Origin: a virus
Lineage: Duplodnaviria; Caudoviricetes
DNA: 47,062 nucleotides
Direction: 5' to 3' (one strand)
IMG/VR virus record: IMGVR_UViG_3300044267_004763
Coordinates: 1 to 47,062 of that record
The notes under the pieces are model-generated. The model had not been told where the DNA came from. It was given only the letters and a program-made list of their open reading frames with translations, and made no database searches. The position numbers and the translations under genes are program-made. Each line of letters starts with the position of its first letter. Position 1 is the stretch's first letter. This document shows, in pieces, positions 9,686-19,200 of this stretch.

Positions 9686-10899
9686 TAGACGTATACTCCT
9701 CCACCAGTGATTACAAACTCATCAACACTTATGTTTTTATGTACATAAGTAAGAGTTGCCATTGCATGAGAAGATAAATGAATCAAACCATCATTTACAC
9801 CTGCAGCAGCTTGAACATTAGTACCAGCAAGCCATATTCTTACATTACCACCATTAACATCAAGATTATTAACAATAGCACTAGCATTATAAAAACTTAT
9901 TGAATCCCCATAACCAAAAATATTAGGATTTATTCTAAAACTACTTGTTGTAGTAACATCAATATCAAATACCATCATTTTTGATCTATGATCACGAGTT
10001 AAAACAAACTGATCAGCATCAGCTTCTCTCATAAAATAAGTACCAATACCAGCCTGAATATATGCGTCTGTACTACCAGCACTGACTGCACCTTGACCGA
10101 CTGTCATTATACCAGATACTACAGTACCCGTTCTTGTAACTGCAAATCTTTCTTGAACTTTTTCAATATCACCAGGAAGTGATGCACCTGGTCTCATTGT
10201 ATGAAATCTTATAGCTGCATCATCAGTATTCAAACTATGTAATTGTATCCGAGCATCAAAATCCCATGGATGTGTTTTGTTCTTTGTAAAATCTATATAA
10301 GGACCACCAGCAGTATTATCATGATTATTTCTAATTAGTTCTAAACCACCATCGAAACTGAGAATTGCATGATTTTTTTTAGTGGTGGCATCAGTAGGAT
10401 CAATGGCATGTACCGATTTAGCATAGATGTCATTATCATGTACTGTAATAGCAGTTCCAACATATACAGTTTTATTATTACCACTACCTTGAGTAAAAGT
10501 TAAATTATATTGAGTAGTTGCACTTGGACTACCATTTACATTAAGTGTACCTGCACCACTACCTCCACCTGGATTTACTTCCCACCCAACATTACCACCA
10601 CCATCACTGGTTAATACATACCCATCAGTACCATTTTGATGAGGATAAGTTAAACCATTAACTTTACCAAATATACTATTACATGTTACTACACCAACAT
10701 TAAGAACTACATTATTACCAGTATCTACATGTGATGGTGATGGTGAACTAAAATCAGAATCCTTAGAACCCATTACAACAGTACTACCAATACCAGTTGC
10801 TGAATGGCCAGTTCTAATATTTAATTGCTCCACACTTTCTATCTGTGGAGTACCCGAAGAGGCTAAAATATTTAATTCATTAACACCAAAATCAGCCAT
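9685..10899 (-). CDS. Short tail-fibre-like protein (404 aa)
   Basis: GVVTC, DGYVLTSDGGGNVGW and GGPYIDF...DFDARI fibre motifs. Confidence 0.7.
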   Translation of the reverse strand: MADFGVNELNILASSGTPQIESVEQLNIRTGHSATGIGSTVVMGSKDSDFSSPSPSHVDTGNNVVLNVGVVTCNSIFGKVNGLTYPHQNGTDGYVLTSDGGGNVGWEVNPGGGSGAGTLNVNGSPSATTQYNLTFTQGSGNNKTVYVGTAITVHDNDIYAKSVHAIDPTDATTKKNHAILSFDGGLELIRNNHDNTAGGPYIDFTKNKTHPWDFDARIQLHSLNTDDAAIRFHTMRPGASLPGDIEKVQERFAVTRTGTVVSGIMTVGQGAVSAGSTDAYIQAGIGTYFMREADADQFVLTRDHRSKMMVFDIDVTTTSSFRINPNIFGYGDSISFYNASAIVNNLDVNGGNVRIWLAGTNVQAAAGVNDGLIHLSSHAMATLTYVHKNISVDEFVITGGGVYV

Positions 10900-10912
10900 T
10901 TGTTTTTTTAGA

Positions 10913-10919
10913 TATTTAT
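10913..10919 (-). promoter_or_regulatory. T4-type late promoter (ATAAATA)
   Basis: TAAATA core immediately upstream of ATG 10899. Confidence 0.55.
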
Positions 10920-13231
10920 TAAGCTTGAGTTATTTTTAATCCGTCACCACTAAAAGTCAGTCCATTACATTCATTGACTCTTAAAACACTTTCTTTAGGG
11001 AATGGTGATGCATCCCAAAGAATTTTTCTTTTGGTATCATCTTGAACATTCCAAGGAGTATTCCATTTTGTATCAGTAGCAGTGGTTGCTTCACTATAAA
11101 GACTAAAAAAAGCACCACTAACAATAGTTCCATTTGCTATAGAGGGATTAGTGACATCATTTTTCAACCATTCTTTAATATCCCTCCATGTCCAATCTCT
11201 ATGATATTCTAATAAAGTTGCAAACATTCCTGCCGCAACAGGACATGCGGCACTCGTTCCTCCAAATAAAGTATCTTCACATTCATCTGATAATGTACCA
11301 CCACTAGTTACTATAACATAATTTGATAATCTGTATTCATCATCATAACGATTATGTCTAGTACTCGAATTATCGTCACAGCCTGCAATAACTTGTGATC
11401 CACTACACCAACAATCTATTGCCTCACCCATATTACTATATGAAGCCTTATATTCCATATTATTATACATATCCGAATTCAATACTCCAATATTAAAAGC
11501 AGGATATACATCTTTATTATCTTGATCAATAAATTTTCCAATTTGAGCTGGCATTCCAATACGATTAGTTAAACAACTATAACCAGTTCCAAAATACCAG
11601 TTGCCGTCTCTATAAAATCTTCCAGTCATTGTAGTTGATGCCGTTTCCAATGTCATACTGGAATTGGAATGATGCTGAAAGTTATCATAATCAGCATGTC
11701 CATCTAAGACCTGTTTTGCATTACGATTTCCTGCAGAACAAACCCAAATTACACCAGCCTCAATTAAATCATCTCCCAGTGCAACTGTACTATTACTTGG
11801 TATAAAAGTAGCACCAGTTTTCCAAGGAGTGTCAAGATTATTAAGATATGCAGGAGTACTATCCTTATCATAACTCACTCCATTATTTGATACACTTGGT
11901 GTAGCATTTGGATGGTAATAATAATAACCACTACTACTACCATCAGTTGGAGGCAAGTTTTGAATATAGCTCCAACTATTAGAAACTACAGTTGGATTTA
12001 CTCTACCATCAGGTTGTATTGGTTTATTTTGGTGAAAGATTTTTACTATTTTGAAATATTCATCTACACCAATATATCTATCAATATGCCATTTATATGC
12101 ATTGTATGCCCATCCTTGTGTTTTTCCATATGCCAAGCACATACAAGGAGTACCATGATAACCTCCTCCAGTATGTTGAGTGGTATTGCTTCCATTCATG
12201 GCAGCTCTTGTATAAGCATCATCACCAGAAATAGGTATTGATACCGTACCAAAATCCTCTTTACTTCCTATAACAGCAGTTCCACCAGTTATATTTGTAC
12301 TAACAAACTTAGCAGATCTTGCTGTTGTAGATTCATTATTCCACCAAGCTCTTGCATAGTATTCGAGAGGGACTTTTGTTCCATCCCAACGAGTCTCTAA
12401 TCTATTACCAGGATCTGCTTCAAACCAATCTGGGTCAAGATAATATGGTAAATCTAAAACCAAATCCAGAACACCACATACTCCAGTAAGAGAAGATGTA
12501 GCAGATTCGGAAAAACCCTTCCTCAATGCATTTTCACCTATAAAATCTTCAGGTTCCATTCCACCAGCTGCTCCACCAGTTTTTATAAATTCTATATGTC
12601 CATACCATGCATCAGTATCAGCAACAATAACATCAACATTTTTTCCACTACCTCTACGTACAGGTGACACATATTGCAGAGCAGAATCAACTTCACCAAC
12701 AAAAGGATTATCTTTATATGCTTGTCTATAGATATTTGGTGTAGCTCTTGATCTTAATGTAACTCCTGGAGCTGCTGGAGTAAACGAAGAAGCAGGATCA
12801 TATACTGCCCTAATGGTACCCCTATACCTTGGAGATTGACTTACATCACTCTCAGATTGACTAAGAATAGAACCCCCATAATAAGATTCATCTATATTAA
12901 CACCAAAAACTTTTGGATGATTTTTTAATTGTTCTGCCTCTGCATCCGACATTTCATAGGAGGCCATTCTATTACAAACTTTATATTCGTCAGTACAATC
13001 TATCTTTCTATTCGGAATACCATCTATTTCATTCTCATTAATAATATAATTATGAATCTCATTCCAATCTGAAGCATTTTTACAAACCACACAATAAACT
13101 TTTGGCCCAGTTCCTTCAGGAACACGTGGTAAGTCCTTTATTTCTTCTAATCTTTTTTTCTGGTATTCTTTTTCCTCTTCTACAAATGGAAGCTCATTAC
13201 GTTTAAGAAGATTTGTGTTGATTCCAACCAT
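10919..13231 (-). CDS. Subtilisin-like serine protease (peptidase S8, 770 aa)
   Basis: Ordered catalytic motifs VDVIVAD (Asp), HGTPC (His), SAGN (oxyanion Asn), FGGTSAACPVAAG (Ser); N-terminal propeptide-like region. Confidence 0.85.
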   Translation of the reverse strand: MVGINTNLLKRNELPFVEEEKEYQKKRLEEIKDLPRVPEGTGPKVYCVVCKNASDWNEIHNYIINENEIDGIPNRKIDCTDEYKVCNRMASYEMSDAEAEQLKNHPKVFGVNIDESYYGGSILSQSESDVSQSPRYRGTIRAVYDPASSFTPAAPGVTLRSRATPNIYRQAYKDNPFVGEVDSALQYVSPVRRGSGKNVDVIVADTDAWYGHIEFIKTGGAAGGMEPEDFIGENALRKGFSESATSSLTGVCGVLDLVLDLPYYLDPDWFEADPGNRLETRWDGTKVPLEYYARAWWNNESTTARSAKFVSTNITGGTAVIGSKEDFGTVSIPISGDDAYTRAAMNGSNTTQHTGGGYHGTPCMCLAYGKTQGWAYNAYKWHIDRYIGVDEYFKIVKIFHQNKPIQPDGRVNPTVVSNSWSYIQNLPPTDGSSSGYYYYHPNATPSVSNNGVSYDKDSTPAYLNNLDTPWKTGATFIPSNSTVALGDDLIEAGVIWVCSAGNRNAKQVLDGHADYDNFQHHSNSSMTLETASTTMTGRFYRDGNWYFGTGYSCLTNRIGMPAQIGKFIDQDNKDVYPAFNIGVLNSDMYNNMEYKASYSNMGEAIDCWCSGSQVIAGCDDNSSTRHNRYDDEYRLSNYVIVTSGGTLSDECEDTLFGGTSAACPVAAGMFATLLEYHRDWTWRDIKEWLKNDVTNPSIANGTIVSGAFFSLYSEATTATDTKWNTPWNVQDDTKRKILWDASPFPKESVLRVNECNGLTFSGDGLKITQA

Positions 13232-13233
13232 AA

Positions 13234-16200
13234 TTATGTAATAGTTCTCCTTGATAATTTATATGTAACCTGTGATACTAAAGTAGTACCTCTAAGTTCT
13301 GTTTTATTAGCACCACCAGTATTTACAACAGATAAAGTAACCAATCTTTTATCATTAAACATAATAGCATACTCTTGCATATAAGCATTAGTACCATTAG
13401 ACATAATTAATATTTTTTGAGATTGCATATATGTTGGAGTAGCATCTAATGAGAAGAATATCGTATATTCAAGTAATGAATTAGTATCAGCAGTATCATC
13501 AATTTTTTGATCATTTCCATTAATACTACCAGTACTGGTAAAGACTGAATCTGTAGGAGAAGTACCACCACCTGAACTTAGATTTTCGGCATAAACATTC
13601 TTCGCATAGATATTGTTCCAGCGTAATTCTGTAGTAGATTTTCCTATATTATAAGTATCATCAACTCCAGGATATAAATGACCTTCACGTGTGATGCGAA
13701 GTTTTTCAATATTATTCGTAAGTACCAATAAATCATCATCATTAGTTCCAATACTTCCAACAATTCCTTGAGTATTCTTAAATAGAACGTGATTGATACT
13801 ATTATTAGTATCAGCCTGAGAACAAGCACCTATATGATTACCATCTTTAGTATTAAATTGTAATTTTGCTTCACCATATGTTCCATCCGAAAATGTAGTA
13901 GTACCAGCAATAATTAAAGCACCATTCTCGTTGATACGCATTCTTTCTTTTGGTACAGCAGTACCCTCATTAGTAGTCCAGAATGATAATCTACCAGGCA
14001 TATCATCTGTACCTACACCTCCATCTACATATGCATCAATTCTTGCTGCTGAACTAAAGTTGGTACCATCATTTCCTTTAAATTCAATTGATCCTATTAA
14101 ATCATCGTCAGCAACAGCAGTATTAGTAGTTCCGTCAGTAGACCTAGCTCTGTTTAACTGTATTTTTGCACCTCTTGTAGTAGGATTTGAAGTTCCTGAA
14201 TATGCAAATATACCAACACAATGATTAACATCATCTGTCGTTCCTACAAACTGTGCAAGTTGTCCAGATGTATCTGCAGAAGAGTTTAAGTTTTGTTTAT
14301 ATGCGGTTGTTCCTAATAATAATCTTTGACCCGAATCTATACGAAGTGCTTCAGTAGCAGCAGTCTCTACTGTAAATGTATTATCCGCAGGGAATCCAAA
14401 TTTAGTATTAGTATTACCTATATGTCTAATCCATTGTTCTATATCAATATCACCAGTAGGAGTAAGAGCACCTTCTATAGGGCCATAGAACTTCTCGGCA
14501 TACATGTTATAGGCAGTCACAATACCTGATACTGCTAAGATAGCTCCTCTATCAACAGAACTTTGTGGGTCTGAAGGAACTGAGGTTCCTATTCCGACTG
14601 CAGACATAATTGAGACTACAGTACCAACTTCAACACTTAATCCATCATCTTTTAGATCACTTCCATAATAATTTATACCATCTGTTAAGAAATTAGTACT
14701 ATAACCATCTGAGTGAGCTGTGTAATTGAACTGCCATCTAATTCCATCGGCAGTTGAAGTTACTTCATTATAATTAGTTATTGAATTATCATATAATGCA
14801 CATTTACCAGTTGTAGGAAAGAATCCAGCATCATACTCCCAAACAAATGTTCTGGTTTCTTTACCAGATTGGGTAAAGGTAAATCTTATTAATTCACCAG
14901 CTACAGGTTTATAACTACCCTTCACAGGATTCTGGGGTTTCCAAATACTGATACCAACATTAGAACCACCTGATGTATAAGGATTAGAATTACTAAAATC
15001 ACCAGTAATACAACTAGCCGCAGTTGTTGAATCTTGTAATCTTAAAATATTACCACCATTTGTAGCACCAATAGATACTGTCTCAATACCCTTATGTACT
15101 ATAGCAGTACCACTTGAGGTGATACACATTCTTTCTGTTCCAGTTACTGTATTAACAGCAGGAGCAGTTAAGAACCTTATATTTGTTGCTGCATTTAATT
15201 CCGAAGTTCCTCCACCAAAACTAATCTGGTTAAATGTAGATTCATTTTCAACCTGAACCAAATTTACATCTTCTTCATCTATGTCATAAGAAGGTGCTGT
15301 TAGATTAACACTCTTATTTGTATTATCTGTAAGATTAGTTCCAGCAAATCTTACATCTCCCGTTGAGTTGATACGCATCTTCTCACTACCACCTATTTCC
15401 CATATATGAGCACCAGAAGCAGCGTTATACATGAGATCTGCATTTTGTCCTCTTACCCAGTTAGAAGTATTCTGTCCTGCTGTACCTTGACTTCCAAGAG
15501 TTAATCGAACATCTGAAGCACCTGCAAATTGTGCATATCCAGTTGATACAATGCGAAATCTTTCTGAACCTGCTGTTTCTACTGCAAATGCATTATCTTC
15601 AGGGAATCCAAATTTAGTATCATCATCACCTACATGTCGAATCCATTCTTCTATATCAAAATCACCAGTAGGAGTAAGAGCACCTTCTATAGGGCCATAA
15701 AACTTACTAGCATACATCTCATGAGCAGTTACAATACCTGATACTGCTAAAAGTGCTTTTTCATCACTTACTGCATCCATTGGAACAGAAGTTCCTATTC
15801 CGACTGCAGACTTCATTGAAACTATAGCATTACCAACTCGAATTTTAAAACTAGAATGGGAATCTCCAGAATTATTAGTATAATAATCATAAGCAAGTGT
15901 TTTAAAATCGGTACCATGACTACCAGAAATGGCTAGATGGCTAAACCGCCAACTTCCCTGAGAAGGTGTTATTTGATTAAATTCTTTTGGAGCTCCACCA
16001 GGCAAGTTAGATAAAGCACACTTATTTTGAAAATTATTATTAGAATACGATGGAACATCAGCATATTCAAAAACAAAAGTTCTAGTTTCTTTATCATTCT
16101 CACTAAGGGTAATTGTTATTAATTGCCCATCTATGGGTATATAATTTTCTATTGGAGAAGTATTTGGTTCCCCATAAGTTATTGAACCATAAGTACTACT

Positions 16201-19200
16201 TGGTAAATTAGCAGTACTCACATCACCAAATGGACCAGCTAAACAATATTGTTCTCCTAATTTTAATATTCTACTACCAGTAGTAGAACCAATAGATACT
16301 GTCTCAACACCGTCTTTAAATGTAGAAACACCAGACTTTACATCAATACCATTCTCAAGAACATGTAATCCCGTCCTTGCCGTAATAATACCAAGTGAAT
16401 CTACATTGGTTACATCTTCATATGTGACCGTACCACCTATAGATAAATTACCAGTAATAGTTAAAGTACCACGATCTGTATCATCATCCCAAACATCAGG
16501 TACGTATGAAATACCAGTATTAACATACACATCTTTATAACCAGTTCCTGTAGAATTTACAAATGTTAGATAATGTGCAGCATTAGAAGAAGTTGTCTGT
16601 GCCTTAATTTTGTTTGCCTTATCTGCCGTGTCTAGGGTTACATCATCACCAATAGTTCCTTCAAAAGTACCAAAATAATAATTCGCACTAACTATACCAG
16701 CATTGACCGTTGCTACATTGTCTGGATGAACAGCTTCATATGGTGCTGTTGTTCCTATTCCAACACCCTGAAGATTGGATCTACCACCAATAGCTTCCGT
16801 ACTATTAAAAACTGTAAACCAAGTATTACCAGCACCGACTGCACGAAATTCCTTTATTTGTTTCCCATCTCTCCAAAAATCAAAATGATCTCCACCACCA
16901 GCACCATGTCCAGCATTATCACTGGAATCATCTATTCCTTGTATTCTAAGATGTCCATCAAGATTAGCAGATAATTCCCAATGTCTTTCATTTGTTGGTG
17001 CTTCATGTTTTGTAATCCTAAACCTTGCATCAGAATAAGGGACAGAAGGATCATCATATATGTGCAATCTAGCTTTTACATCATAAGTTCCAATCCCAAC
17101 ATTACCTTTTGATGTGATGCGAAGTCTTTCTGCATTTGAACCACCAGTATCTCTAGTCTTTATTGTAAAATGAGCATCATCTGTATTTGTATCTCTATAA
17201 AAACCAAGTTTTCCTATCTCAGTATTATCACCACTCGTTACCTTTAATTCAAACCAACCATCTCCATTATTTGAATTAGTATCAGTTCTCTTAGAGGTAA
17301 TGGATGTCATTCCACTTGGTGCTGAATATAATAATTTTCCTTCTGATTCAATACGAAGTCTTTCTGCAATTGGAGAACCATCTGCCTTAGTAGCAAATTT
17401 TATGTATGCATCAGCATTAGAAGACTCTTCTGCTGCTAATACATAAGCAACCTGATTGGTTGTATTATATGCCGTCCAACCACCTATTGTTTCGTCAACT
17501 GATGTTGTTCCATTCTTAAATAAAATTGCTGGAACCTGTCCTGTTCCACCTGCTCCTTCCATTTGGAGCATCCAATCATCAACTGCAGTGATATTATTCA
17601 TCAATAGACGACCACCTGAGTCGATGCGAAGTCTTTCTACATTCGCAGTAGTTACTGTGAATGTATCATCCGTAGGGAATCCAAATTTAGTATTAGTATC
17701 ACCTACATGTCGAATCCATTCTTCTATATCAAGATCACCAGTAGGAATAAGAGAACCTTCTATAGGGCCATAAAACTTATCAGCATACATGTTATATGCA
17801 GTCACAATACCTGCTACTGCTAAAAATCCTCCTCTATCAGTACCTTGTGGATCTGAAGGAACTGAGGTTCCTATTCCTACTCTATGTGAAATATCTACCT
17901 GATCTGAAAATGTAACACGGAAACTAGGTTGACCAAAACTATAAATATCCAGTGCTCCACTAGTAGTATCTGCATCAAATAAAGTAGTATTATAACTACC
18001 TGGAAGTGCTGTCTTATTAAATGTAAGTGTTGCATTAGTATCTTGAAAATCAAGTCCTGTGGCGTTGTTAGATTGGTTATATGAACCCATTTTACCAACA
18101 CCTGGATTAGTGGTATTAGCATCATACTCATAGATAAGTTGTCTAGTGGGTTTCCCATCCTCACTGAATTCAATTTTTATAATCTCACCATGTTTTGGTT
18201 TATAAGAACCTGTACGAACCACTGCATTATATAATGTGAATGGAGAGGTATTACTATTAGGGTTTCCTGTATTACTAAAATCTCCTATTTCAAGATAATG
18301 ATTGATATCATTAATAAATCTTGTTTCAAGATTGTGAAGTGTAGAGATACCAAGAGGATTGACATCTAATCCACCAACAGCAATACTTACACCAACACCA
18401 GTAACATGAGCACCACCAACAAAGGTTGATATACCAGTTGCAGCAGATACTATAAAATTACCAATTGAATCTATTGTAACTCTTTCATTTTGTCCAGCAG
18501 TCTTAATTATCATGGCATCTGATCCATGATTATAAATTATACTTCCAGCTCTAGCGTCACCAGCATCAGCAAACGCAATAGCAGACTCATCTGTTGAACC
18601 AAGAGTTATACCTGTCTGAGTAGCAGAGTTATTGTTTCCAACTTGTAAATCATCAATAGATGCATTAGCGTAAGATGCCTGTACACCAATTAGAACACGA
18701 CCACTTGCGTCGATGCGAAATGCCTCTGTTCCTCCTGATGGAGCCCATCTAAAATCTTGTGAATTGATTGTAAGTGGAATATAACTAGTTGTTTTTCTAT
18801 TATAAAGATTTAAAGATCCACCATTAGCACTATCACCAGGGAAAAACTCAAATCCCTCTTCTCCCTCATTAGATACAACCAATTTACGTTGTGGATTACT
18901 GGTTCCAATACCAACAGAACCTATACCAATACCATTAGTATAAGAAAGACTATAAGTTAATCCTATATCTGAATATAAAAATTCATTCTCTCTAGATTGA
19001 TTATTATTAGAATTAACAAAAGTAGGATAATAACTTACAGTAGAAGGAACATCCTCAACTACTGAATTAGTAGTACCAACACCAACTTTAGTAGCATTTT
19101 GTACTGTTAAATCTCCAGCATTTACCCAGTTTGTCTTACTATCTCTTGATTCTAAAAGTTGTCCATTCTCACCCAAATCACCGTCTTTATCTTTTAACCC

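Noticed and set aside
14389-17881. Repeat pairs as template/variable regions of a diversity-generating retroelement, or a shufflon
   Set aside because: All copies are coding direct repeats, differences are not adenine-specific, and no reverse transcriptase or invertase is in the window
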